Source of the DNA: Patellaria atrata CBS 101060
Taxonomy: Eukaryota
Assembly (NCBI GenBank): GCA_010093705.1
Contig: MU006096.1
Location: 766,004 to 830,003 of the forward strand
DNA length: 64,000 nt
Reading direction: 5' to 3'
Every line of letters begins with the position of its first letter. The first letter of the stretch is position 1. Below are positions 25,727 through 37,329 of the stretch, piece by piece. The position numbers and the translations under genes are program-made. The notes beneath the pieces were generated by a model. That model was not told the DNA's origin, made no database searches, and saw only the letters and a program-made list of their open reading frames with translations.

Positions 25727-27337
25727 CTAATCCCCGTCCGCCTCTTCGCCTCCAAACCCGGCGCTCTGGAGAATGTCGCGATTAAAAGGTCTCAGCGGCG
25801 AAGAGGCGGAAACGCCACAGGGTGAGGTAGGGGCGGAAAGAGCGTATGAGTGAGGGCCGTAGTTCCAGATGCGGGTTTTGGTTCGGGGGAAGCTGAATGT
25901 GGCACGTCTGGGGATCTGGGTTTCGGCTCGATGGAGCGGAGGCGTATTTGGTGGTTGGGGGGAGGGAGGGAGAGGGATCCGGGAGGGTGTCAGAAGCGGT
26001 GAGGAAGATCTGACTGAAGAAGTTGGAGGGCAGATAATCAGGTCTCGCTTAGCCTTTTCCTCTGTTTCGTCTTCGGGGTTGGTGATAGTGGATGGGGTAG
26101 AGGTAGAATACGATGCGGGAGTTGGAGAACGAGGTTTAGAAACTGGAATGGCAGGCAAGGAGTTCTCGTACGCGGCCCGGATTTCCTCGTTCAATTTTGC
26201 GGTTAGGGGATCGTAGTTTCTTCTAAGAGTTGCGATATCTTCTGGGTGTTCTTCATCTTCGGATCGGTCGTAGAGGGATTGATCTTCTCTATCCTCTGTG
26301 TCTGACGGTGAGAAGAGAGCTTCTGGGATATCTAGTTTCAGGGGACATTCCATTGGAGGTTTTCCGTCGCCTACTTCTGCTGTCAGAGTGCTCGATCGGC
26401 TTCGAGGAATTGTCAAAGGGATTGAAGAGCGAGAGGAGGATGTTAAATGAGAGAGTGAGGGAACTTGAGGAGAAAGAAGAGATCTAGAGTTTCCTAAGAT
26501 TGGTGAAGGGCTCCGCAGGTTGTGCAAGCCGGAATTGCTTTCATCCTTATCTTCATCTTCCTCCCTGCCGTACACGGCACTCCTATCCGAATCCTCGCCC
26601 TCGTCCTGACAATCAGACACCACGGATCCGGAGATCATAACAGGGACTTTGAAGCGCTCATCATCTCTGCCGGCTTTCTCCTCCTCGCTATCCGCTTCAT
26701 ATCCTTCTTCCTCATGCTCTCCTGTCCATTTCTCATCACTCCCTACTCCCACTAATTTATCTTTCAGACTCATTACGCTCGTACCTCCCCATCTTCTGTT
26801 CTGCTCTTTCATTTCAGCATTGCCCAACCTCCTCTTAGATAGCCCAGGTGCGGTAGGTTGCACAAACTTTGTAGTTGCCTTCACTCTATCCATCACCTCC
26901 TCCACATCCGTTCCCCGTAACCCAGCCGCCTCCTGAAAGCTCCCCAGCGCCTCATCGCACCTACTCACACCCTGGGCCTCCTGAGCGCGACCAAGTTGCT
27001 CATAAATGCGAGCTTTAAGTTCCGCATCGTCCAACTCTTCCGCGGCGATGCGGGCCCGCTCGGCGAGGGATTCGGAAGCCAGGTAGTCTCCGCAAAGATG
27101 CGCATTGCAGGCGCGCACGAGGAATAGCTTAGCATTCAAAGCCCTAAGGCAGAGTGTTAAGTCTGTAGTCATTAGTTTGCGGCTGGTGGGAAAATGTAAT
27201 GACTTGGGGGTTTGATCTGGGAAGGGATGAGACGGGTTAAGGGATGGGAACTCACCGAAAGACATCTTTATGGACTCTGCTTGTATGTATGGATTTTTGG
27301 CGAAGGGGTATGGTTTATTATTTATATCGACTTTCAC
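25727..27337 (-). CDS. Hypothetical protein with TPR-like helical N-terminal part and acidic, S/P-rich tail
   Basis: 536-codon open frame; the start codon is uncertain. Confidence 0.55.
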   Translation of the reverse strand: MKVDINNKPYPFAKNPYIQAESIKMSFGEFPSLNPSHPFPDQTPKSLHFPTSRKLMTTDLTLCLRALNAKLFLVRACNAHLCGDYLASESLAERARIAAEELDDAELKARIYEQLGRAQEAQGVSRCDEALGSFQEAAGLRGTDVEEVMDRVKATTKFVQPTAPGLSKRRLGNAEMKEQNRRWGGTSVMSLKDKLVGVGSDEKWTGEHEEEGYEADSEEEKAGRDDERFKVPVMISGSVVSDCQDEGEDSDRSAVYGREEDEDKDESNSGLHNLRSPSPILGNSRSLLSPQVPSLSHLTSSSRSSIPLTIPRSRSSTLTAEVGDGKPPMECPLKLDIPEALFSPSDTEDREDQSLYDRSEDEEHPEDIATLRRNYDPLTAKLNEEIRAAYENSLPAIPVSKPRSPTPASYSTSTPSTITNPEDETEEKAKRDLIICPPTSSVRSSSPLLTPSRIPLPPSPQPPNTPPLHRAETQIPRRATFSFPRTKTRIWNYGPHSYALSAPTSPCGVSASSPLRPFNRDILQSAGFGGEEADGD

Positions 27338-27853
27338 ACTATTGGGGATACTTGTAGTATATTATACCCCTTGATACGCTCAGCGTGTTTGATTCAATGG
27401 GTGGTTAGAGATTGCTGTATGCAAATGGATGTAGGATTGTCCAGTGAAGTTGATTACTGGCAATGGTATTTGAAGAAGGGGAATTCAGGAAATATACCAA
27501 AAGACAACCCGAGAACCATTGTCTTGGAGTTCTTTCAAAGTTAAGCATTCTGTGCTTTGTTTTGTTTCAGCATCTCAGTCTCTGTCCTATATAAATAACC
27601 CTTCTTCATATCCATGCGGGTCAGCCTTTGTTTTAGAAACCATGTTCACCAGTCCTTTGAGATTGACAATAATCGGGGTTTGAGTCAAGGATGTATGGCA
27701 AAGGGGGATTATTTAGCTTATATGAGTTCCTGGAGCCACAAAGACTTTCCCATTGTCGGAATCCAAATTAACACACTCCTTAAAACCTATACGTCTCTAA
27801 GTCGCTCTTTTGCTAAGTATTAAAGTGCCATCAACAACCATCCAATCACGAAA

Positions 27854-28222
27854 ATGCATTTCCTCGCTCTTTTATCTCTTCTCCCCTTGGCTTTAGCTTT
27901 GCCAGGGGATACGGGAAAGAATCAAGTAACCAGATCCGCGAGCGTCACGCTCTGCTCCAAGCCCAACAGAGGCGGCACATGCATGCAACAAACACACTCT
28001 TTTTCAAAGAGCAACGGCAAGCGTTATAAGCTCCATCCAGAGTATGACAACAAGGTCAATTCCGTATACCTGGACAAGGCAGTTGGCGGTATGTTGTGCC
28101 AGCTTTTCAACGCACCGGACTGCACAGGCGATAGTCGCTTCATCGAACATGGAAATATGTCGAATATGACCGCGTTTGGGTATGATAATAAGATCAGTAG
28201 TTTGAAGTGCTTGATTTGGTAG
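27854..28222 (+). CDS. Small secreted cysteine-containing protein, beta/gamma-crystallin-like
   Basis: Signal peptide MHFLALLSLLPLALA. Internal repeat YDNKVNSV / YDNKISSLKC, CQLF..PDCTG. Has a paralog ~0.9 kb downstream. Confidence 0.8.
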   Translation: MHFLALLSLLPLALALPGDTGKNQVTRSASVTLCSKPNRGGTCMQQTHSFSKSNGKRYKLHPEYDNKVNSVYLDKAVGGMLCQLFNAPDCTGDSRFIEHGNMSNMTAFGYDNKISSLKCLIW

Positions 28223-29079
28223 GTAAGTAGGTATGGTGAGTGAGGAGGTACAATGTACTTTGTTTGCTCTTTCTCTTAGCGGGGACTGCGCTGGGGCATA
28301 ACATTTCCTTGAAGAAAATAGAGAAACAGTTATGATATCAGACATGAATTAGACAATCAATCCAACCCTTTAAATCGGTAGATATAGTAGGAGGCTTCAT
28401 TTTGAACCTTGAAGCATAAGTCCTTGGGGGAGTGTGTAGAATTGTGGCTGTAACCCTATTTGTACTATACTTATATTAGCCCAGTATCCTAACAGTGATT
28501 AGAATGAATGATAGAGTTTATGTTGATAGGACCATACATGAAATGTGGAAGGGGACTTTCGATATCCTAACTGGAATACTAAAAAGACAAAATTATGGAC
28601 TTTAACCCCTTTAACCGGATGCAAGGACCTCACCATACTAGGATTCTGATAATATCCTCTGGAAACCACCGTGCCCCATAGTTCCTATTCAGGGAAGAAT
28701 AGGTATTAGTCCCTCTATAGTCTGAATAGAATGATGAAGCTCCTTTAACCTTTTACATGAACAAAGAACCCAAGAAATTTTATAATGAAGCTAGTGAGTG
28801 TGCTTGGATATTACAGTGGCAGACCGCTGTAATAAGCTAGAAAACAAAGGGATGGAAAAACAAACGAAGAGGGAAATTTCATCGTTAGAACTAGCAAAAT
28901 AACATCGCACTTTACCCAAAGTAGGGTTGAATAGACGTACAATTACCTTTGTCACAGCAGAAGATAAATGATACGGTGGACGCAAGAGGGCCCATGCTGT
29001 TCTTTACATTTCAGTTCATATCTCAATCCAGTTTACTTTACATACCATTAAGATCATTCTTTCAACCTCAATTCCCAAG

Positions 29080-29595
29080 ATGCGTATCCTTAATCTCACC
29101 CCACTCCTCCCTTTGGTAACCATTGCATGTGCGCGAAACATTCTCAAAGCACCGCACTCTCACATCCAGCATGGCATCGGCATCCTCAAGCTATACCACG
29201 GTGATGCCAACTGCGTCACTTAGGGAAACCCAACTCACGAGAATGCTACAAAATACCCAATAAGATCAATAATCGAGCCCTGTCTGCTTACTGTCAAGAC
29301 TCAACCTCAGATGGAAGCTGCAAGGTATATTGCTACATATACATGAAGTTTAAACTTAAGGAAAGAAAGCGTTGAGACAGCATATGCTGTTCTGCTAAAG
29401 TACAGTATGACTAAGCCGCTGGATCATCCAAGGCACTTATACATGTCGGGATGGGAGGTATTTCGATGCGAATTGTACAACAGGAACGATTGCACCGGAG
29501 ATGTGCGGCATATCCAACACGGGAATATCGAAAATTTATATCGGACAAATTTTTGAAATGTTATCAGTAGCGTTGAATGCTATTATGCTCAGTAG
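29080..29595 (+). pseudogene. Pseudogenised paralog of the 27854-28222 secreted protein
   Basis: Signal peptide MRILNLTPLLPLVTIACA; ...CYKIPNKINNRALSAY [LTR] FRCELYNRNDCTGDVRHIQHGNIENL..NF*NVISSVEC aligns to the intact copy. Stops and a frameshift are present. Confidence 0.85.
29292..29450. mobile_element. Solo LTR, second (3'-truncated) copy
   Basis: Colinear high similarity to 7205-7363 (CTCAACCTCAGATGGAAGCTG...GCTGGATCATCCAAGGCACTTATAC); starts TGTCA. Confidence 0.85.
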
Positions 29596-29930
29596 ATAAT
29601 GATAGAACTAGAGGGGCGGAATTCTGTACTATAATTTCAATTAGTATTTCATCCTGAAAGTGGCTTTGGGAAGATGGTAAAACTAGCAGTGACTGTGAGA
29701 CTTACATACAATTTACCTTAGGGATCTAAATCAACCACAGAGGAGATCAAATTCCGAGATTCCTTCTCCCAAGTCCATTCAAAACAAGCTGCCGAACAAC
29801 TCACTTCCAAAAGAACTTAAACCCGATCCCAAACCCCACAACCCCGAACCCAGAAAAACTGTCAAAAAACTCAAGTTTCATCAAACGCGCACCCCACTAG
29901 ATTGGTCAACTATGCACAAGCTAAATAAAA

Positions 29931-31268
29931 CTAAAAAATGATACTTACCTTCTTAGGGGATTGCTTCTTGTCCAGAGCAGTTGTAACAGTATCCTTAGAC
30001 ACCGCGTCCGCGAAATTGATATCGCTCTCTCGCGTCGTCGTATTCACTTCACTCTCGTCAATAGACGAAGCCCCTTCATTCCAAGTGTCGCCCCCCGAGG
30101 AGACGCTATCCTCATACTCCTCGGAAGGAATGACACTTCCATCTTTCGCTCGATATAACCTCAGCATGCCCCTTCCCAACGAGGAGGTGGGAGCAGACAC
30201 TGGACTAGAGCCATTATTCTCAACGCTACTAGCTTCGTTAGTCTCACTAGACGATGTGTGGGGAGTTTTGTATGACCAAGATCCAGAGTCAACGTCCGCA
30301 CAAGGGGTGAATCTCATCGCGTTATATTGGCGAAGGATGTCCACGTCAACTTCAGGCGTCAAAGCCGGGGATGGTGCTTCTTTATCGGGTTGAGAAGTCT
30401 CGTTGGGGTGTGCAACGGGAATATTCTGTAGTTCCACCGGCTCGGAGTCATCTGGTACAAGCGTGTTCTCAGTGTCTTCAGTGTTCTTGGTGTCCTCAGA
30501 ACTTTCAGAAGCACGTCGTAACCGTTGTAACGATAAATCACCGCCGTTATTCTCCCCAACGACCTCTGCGACCTCTTCGACTTCCTTCATCTTTCCCGCC
30601 TTCACCTCAGCCAGAATCTTCCAAAACTCACACTCGGTTTCGTGGCCCCTTGTCCCCGTCGCGTATGCCAACCACCTCCCCGCCTCCTCAAAATCACTAC
30701 TCTCATAAGTGCAGATGCCCAAGTGAAAGTGGGCCTTGCCTCTCAGGTAGTAGAGGCCCTCATACTGACCCATCCTCTTCAACGCCTCCAAGACCGTGTT
30801 CTTCGCCCTCTCTACCAATCCTAAATCCCTTAGTACAACCGACTTGAAGAGTTTGGCCTCAACGCGGATCTCAGATGGCACGTCATCCCGGTTTAAGAGT
30901 CTGTCCAAGGCGATGAGAGAACCTTGGTGCATGTTCGACTGGAACAGGGCTTCCGCCTCCCCCAACCAAACCCGCACGTCTTTTGTGGAAAGCCAGTTTC
31001 CACGTAACCACTCATCCCCAGGGACAGTGGTCGACTGCATAGTAGTGCGGTTTGGTATCGGGGTGGACGGGCGTGCGCCGCCGGTTGCGTGGGAGAGTTT
31101 CTGTTGCTGTTGCCAGAAGAGGCGAATCATTTCGTCGCGTTGGTCGAGAGATTCGCGAAGATGATCGGAGAGCACACGATGGGAGCGTTGGAGCGACTTG
31201 TATTGGGTTGTTATTGCTTCAGCCTCGTTTTTGAGAGTGTGGAGTTGTGATGTGGAAATGTAAGGCAT
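29931..31268 (-). CDS. Hypothetical protein: N-terminal coiled coil, TPR-like middle, acidic tail
   Basis: 445-aa ORF. A GTAAGT donor near 29948 suggests an extra terminal exon ending ~29801. Confidence 0.6.
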   Translation of the reverse strand: MPYISTSQLHTLKNEAEAITTQYKSLQRSHRVLSDHLRESLDQRDEMIRLFWQQQQKLSHATGGARPSTPIPNRTTMQSTTVPGDEWLRGNWLSTKDVRVWLGEAEALFQSNMHQGSLIALDRLLNRDDVPSEIRVEAKLFKSVVLRDLGLVERAKNTVLEALKRMGQYEGLYYLRGKAHFHLGICTYESSDFEEAGRWLAYATGTRGHETECEFWKILAEVKAGKMKEVEEVAEVVGENNGGDLSLQRLRRASESSEDTKNTEDTENTLVPDDSEPVELQNIPVAHPNETSQPDKEAPSPALTPEVDVDILRQYNAMRFTPCADVDSGSWSYKTPHTSSSETNEASSVENNGSSPVSAPTSSLGRGMLRLYRAKDGSVIPSEEYEDSVSSGGDTWNEGASSIDESEVNTTTRESDINFADAVSKDTVTTALDKKQSPKKVSIIF

Positions 31269-31801
31269 GGTGAGCGAGTCTATATATTCCCGTTGACGAG
31301 CGGCGATGTTCGTGATTACTATAGGATGATGTACCAGATATAACCGTTTGCAGATTCTGAAAACTATTGTAGATGAGCAAATTTCCCGCGTTATATGATA
31401 GTAATAACATTGTGCTCTTCACGGTTAAAAACACGAAACATTCAATGTTTGATAGTTGACATTGTGAATTCCACAACTAAATAGAGATTAACAACGTTTG
31501 ATTCGAATCAGTAATTTGAGGAGAAAGTTAACAAAGGAATTGCGTTGTCAGTCTCAAACCAACAAGAAGAAACCGGGACTGACCTGATGAAAGCTACAAG
31601 AAGTATCAATATATAGATCGTTAAGGTGTCACAGATGTTAATTATCAGTAACGGCGAGCAAGATTGAGGAACTAAACGTATGATTGTACTTAGTAAAGTA
31701 TGTATAATTAAGTTAGCAAGGTCTCCTGGACCTAAGGATCTTGCTATTGCGGTTTGAATGATAGTAAAACAAACATGCCTCCCGGAATATACATCTAACA
31801 T

Positions 31802-34800
31802 CTAATACTTAGGCCTATCTGGGGTCGTGTTGCCTTTCGAGGGGGACATGCTGTAAGGAGCCTACACGTCGGGTTAGAATATGATGTGAACGATAAAAGT
31901 GATTAGGACAATGAGGCTCATCTAACCACGACCCATGATATTACTTGACTCACCAGAACTTTCTTCGCATTGCATATCCTCCATGCAAGATTCTTCACAC
32001 TGCCATCTGCTTGCACGACTTCGGGGGCAAACTCAATACCGAACATTTGATGGACTGCAAAGACTACTCGCTTAGCAAATTTGCCGTCTCTCTCGACTAG
32101 ACTTCCGAAGTGTTCGTCAACAGAGCTCGGCGCGATTTCTGGGTCCCTATCGAAGCAATTCTGCACAACAGGCAGTAAAGCCTGCTCCACCGCACCTCTT
32201 ATCAATCCATTTTCATCTACCTCGACATCATCTTCGTCGAACCTCCCGATCCGGATATCGAAAGGAAGGGAGATTGCCATAACGTTGTGCTTCCCATCAT
32301 GGTGGTATCTGAACTCGAACACACCGGTAGTCCACCAAAGCTTATCACCAGAGAATTCCATTTCTCCAGATAGGAAGTTCTTCGCGTGATCTTTACCATC
32401 GATTCGACTAACGAGCTGGTCGCTGATTAAGATTCCATCATCAGCGTGAACTGAATCGTATTCATTTAGATTTGTAGCAACCCATCGGCCTTGTGAAGAG
32501 ACCCGAGTGACATCGCGGGACGCATTATCAGCGACCATGTACAGGCCGATCCAATCCTTTTTACTATGATTGAGTGGTGCAGTCCATTTAACCCTAATTG
32601 GAGCACCATATTCGAACATCAAAGGTTTGAAGGGACTTGTCCTTTCCGCAGGTCGTCGAGCGCGCTCACCTTCTCGTCCGCTTCGTTTATCGAGTTCCGC
32701 GACGGCAGAGGAAGGTATACCTGTGATCTCGACGGAGTAGTCCTTAGGGTCAAATCCAGCAAGATCCGGCGCAAGTCTAGTGATACTAATTCTTCCTGGA
32801 TAGTGTTTGAATATAGCAGTTGAATCGCGGACAAGCGTATCGACGCCAGCCGCGAGCTTGGGGCGAGCAGATTCAATAAATTCTTCCACGAAGTCCACAG
32901 TTTCCCCAAGAACACGATCCACACTACCCTGCCATTGTTTCAATGGCGTAGGAAGGGACCGTCTAAGGCTTCTAGAGAGACCGGAGTCTTGTCGCAAACT
33001 TTGCCCATACAGTTTCTGCATATGAGGACGTTCGACAAGTTGAATGAAGGCTAATGTGAGCATATGGCTCAGAAGTGCAAGGAAAAACACTGATTTGCTC
33101 CAGGTAATGATTGCAAAGCCCCAAACCCCAGCTAATCCAAGTACTCTATCGGGGTTGTTTAAGAAGCGATATATTCCACTATACGTGAGCTTTGGAGCAT
33201 GGTCAAAGAAGAAATCTCCGAAAAACCAGCCGAATTCTCCAAGGGACTCGTATACAGAGACAGCTGTCCAGATGTGTAGAGCAATGAGAGCAGCACCCAT
33301 AACATGTCTTAGTAAAGCAGTGCCGTACTCCCAATCCGCCGGTAATGCATACGTCTTCCATGCTGCGGCAACAAAGCTAGCGGCACTCATTGTCATGCTA
33401 AGGTGATACAAGCCTTTCCATTGTCTCCATGCTTCCTCGGTACTCTCACCATATTTAATATAATGGCGAGTCCATTTCTTCTTCTTTGACTGGCGATCCA
33501 GAATGTAACCTATTCCTAGAGAGTACCATAACCGCCACACTACAGCATTCACGACGAAAAATGCCCGATAGAAAGGTGTAGATGGTGTCAAGAGAGTGAG
33601 CAAGAGAAGATAGACCTGAAGGAGGACCACGGAGGTGTCGGTAATTCGATGGAAGTCAAGGTTCTGTAAGCCAAGGAGGTGGTGGACTGGGGACGGTTGT
33701 AAGGTTGATGCGAGCGGCGGACCACCATTCACATGCCCAGCGTCAGATTCTCTAGAAGTCGGACGTTCCTCCTCTTTTCCAGACTCGACACGCTTCCGCG
33801 GTGGTGGTGGTGCACTGTAGGTCTTCTCTATATGTGGGTTCTCTACCAACGCGAGAAAGACAAATTGAGCGGCATGTGCGATAATTGAAATGAACAGAAC
33901 CTTGTAACTAGCCGCCATCAATGAGATACCGTAATATCCAGCATATCCAACTGAATACATGGGATGTGGAGCCATTTCGAAGACACCATCGAATGTGAGC
34001 TCTTGATCGATGAGATAAAAGAAATCACCCCAGTACCAGGCATAGTCTTTGACAACTCGATGTGCATCAAGTTTGACCCAAAGATTGAACAAGACAAGCA
34101 ATAAACCTGCAAACCAACGACTGGCGGTCATTACGATACCTTCACCAGCTGGTTTACCTCCGCATGCGATAGCAAAGAGAGAATAAGAAACAAAGTCACA
34201 CATTAGAACGAGGTCCACTACGCGTCTAAACAATAACCAAGTATTATACTCAATAGGGGCATCTTCAAATTTGTAGTCTTTTGGGATTTTTGTCTCCATC
34301 TCCCGTTTAATGAGCTTATACAGCTGCGGATGCGGATTTTTACCTGTTGACGGTGGGTCGAATATGAGAGAACGTTTCGCCCAGGCCACTAACCGTCTAT
34401 GATGGGATTGTACGTGTAACAGATATCCAATTCCAGCGTTATAACAAGCTCTCCAAAATAAGAAAATGACAGCGAAGACTGGAACTCTAAGGCTTTTAGG
34501 AAGCAGATATAGAGTTAATATCAAACTTGCGAGAACGGCTAAGACGAAAAGATCGGAAATGTTCTTTGGTTGCGTTGGCGATAGGAGTTGAGATACCATG
34601 TCATGGGTTTGGGGGACTGTGAAAACTGCAAGTGACAGTTAGTATAGTGTCGAGTGTTGAACTCCTGCTTACTAGCACTATGTTATGCACAACAGAGAGT
34701 TCCTAATCACGTCCTGATTGGACGTAAGGAAGCATACTTGTGCCATTTGGAGTTCTTCCGAACGTCTTTTTTGTTTTGTCATCCTTATTCGATTCCATCT

Positions 34801-34933
34801 CCTCGTTGTTCATCTCCTTAACAACCTTTTGTGCAATGTCCTCGGAGCCGACATTTTGTGGGGAAGCAGGTCGATGCTGTAATCGCTCACGAAGCTCATT
34901 GTTCGGAACTGATGAATCTTCTGAAGTGCTCAT
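31802..34933 (-). CDS. CHO2: Phosphatidylethanolamine N-methyltransferase (3 exons)
   Basis: [53 protein letters not shown]; last exon [10 protein letters not shown]... Confidence 0.95.
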
Positions 34934-36045
34934 CACTTTGTAAGGCAGAATAATCTCTACACGGTTATCGTTTGAGAAAAGGCGTGGTAGATTCTTCAGG
35001 TTTTATAGTACTTGGAAGTTGGCGCATTCGGCTTGAGGTGAGGAGACTAGAACTTCACAGAGAGTTTGCGATTGTCAGTCAAGGACTATTGTCAGATTAA
35101 ATTGAAGCTTCACGGTGAAATGATAACAAAGTAATAGTCGAGAATAGACAATGGCTCCCTTTGTAACCGGTTGAGCGGTTGTTGAGTTAAAGGAAGGTTG
35201 AAGTTTTACGCTCGTGACAGCGGTTTTGGCGGGACGAAATATAGTTCTAGCACAAAGAACGTGTGCCCCACGGCAATGGCAAGCGGGTAAAATTGGCAAG
35301 ACACCATTCAAGGGGCATCTCCTCAATCATATTAATGGTGCACACTGCCGAGCGTAGGCATAAATGATGCAAGAATTTAGTCTTGATGTGGTGTGCGATT
35401 TCGTTGACAACTTGACGGATGGTGGCGTGGGGTGCGTTGACGCTTGCTTGAGTGCTTGCTGGGTGTATCACCAATAATGCTGGCTCACCAGGCCATTAGT
35501 TCGTTAAACATTACAGCTACAGACAGCTGTCAAGGACGTGTATGCAGCTGAAGAACTTTACAATATTGCTTTACAGATTTTGTAACAGATTTTGTTGGTG
35601 CTAAACAGCCGCCATAACCATTCCAAGCAAACATCTGCCATAATAGCCATGAGATAGTATGTTAGTATGACTGGTATTAGCTATTGGGGAAGAGCGTCCC
35701 CTTGGTCATATGCTCTAAAGATAGGCAAACTGTAAAAACTAGACTATTCAGAAAAATAAACCACTGGAGTGACAAAGGGATCTGCTCCATAACCGGAGAT
35801 GTATTTCGTTGACTTCGCTTGTGCATCGCAGATGAATTTCCAGAATTGTGGACCGCCATTGAGTGCTTCAACCATGGCCGGGTCATTCAAGATACTCAGA
35901 TGTTGCATGGTTTGCAAAGATGGATACTAATTTGAATGAACATATCTAATTGAGCATTAGCCCATTTCAATTGTTGCACCGGTGAAATAACCAGCGATTT
36001 TCTACCATTGGCCTAATCCTTAAGCTTGCCATCGTATGCCATACA

Positions 36046-37050
36046 CTACGAACTTTTACCTCCTAGATACTCACCCACCGTCTTGACTGCAGTCTCAAAC
36101 TGAGCTCCATCAATGAGAATAGCATGTCCAGTTGGCTTAATGCCTGCTTCCTGGAACGCTCTCTTCGAATCCGAGGCTCCCTCGTCCCCTTGTTTGCTGT
36201 AGTCATAGTTCCAGTAGGTTATTGCATGTTTGTGCAACACCTCATCTTCTGAGTGGAAGTAGAATGTCTCGGCTGTCGAATTGTTGTTTTTTTGCTTCTT
36301 TGATGGTCTACTCGAGCCTTCTTCTAATGAGGACTCTATCTCCTGGTATGTTTTTGATAGTATCAAGTAGTGTGAGAATTCGTAAGGCTCTTTATCTTCG
36401 ATTGCCCATTGCATCTCCTCGAGCAGCATTGTGTACATAGGCGGAACAATCTCCGCTGGCATGTTTATTACTCGCTCAGTCAATATGAGCCCGACTTGCG
36501 CATTGGAGTTCGGTGATAGGAGGTCTGATAAAGTCGATGTGCCAGAATCCTGCGGTTCACTTTGAAGCACGTATGCAGTGAGGTCCTTAATCACTTGTTT
36601 CTCCTACGTTGGGTTAACGTCGTTCGGACAACGGAGAACTTCATCCTAGGCATACCCTATGCTCGTGTAGATTCAACACTGTTAAGAACGCGTACGGATC
36701 CGACTCATTTCCCTCCGTCTTGACAGTAGATCCTAAGGTGGGCTGTGAAAGGATAAGATCCACGAGTTCAGAGAGATTAAAAAGTTGCGCATCCACATCG
36801 AATAATTGTCGAACGAGTGTTTTTAAGCCGTGAAAATCAACCTCAGGTTGCGGATCAAACCATTCGAAGTCAACGTCTAACATATCAACTTCCTGTTCTT
36901 ATCAATTTCGTCAGTGATGATTCAGAAACTCGTTTTCAAGTAAGCCGCATTGACCTCATCACTGCTCTCATCCTCCTCGTGCTGCCCATTCTTACGCGCA
37001 GGGGCATCCTGGAGCTCCTCGGGGTCTTTCAATTGCTTTCTCTTTCCCAT
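36046..37050 (-). CDS. BCP1: Bcp1 (BCCIP family) protein, 3 exons
   Basis: MGKRK..., DVDFEWFDPQPEVDFHGLKTL, LILSQPTLGSTVK, GLILTERVINMPAEIVPPMY. Confidence 0.92.
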
Positions 37051-37329
37051 TGTTTCCAGATACGGTGAGCGCGACGACTAATCTAGGGATAGTTGAGAGC
37101 TGTTTGTGCCAGATGACGCTTTGCGCAAAATTGTATTACAATTTCAACGAGCAGGCTAGCAGCGCTTTGACCACATTGTGAAAAGCTTATATTGAAACTT
37201 TAAATTTTCCTCAAAATTTTTGAGAGTTACAAAGTACAACTTTAGCGATCATCAGCCTGGCTAGAGAGATTATCTTTGGTTTCCTATAGCGGACTATAAT
37301 TCTACCTTTGGTACGTGCATATTTTCAGT

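Noticed and set aside
28380..28790. AT/TA-rich tracts (also 47600-48700) as RIP-degraded transposon relics
   Set aside because: No termini, TSD or coding remnant could be identified by eye.
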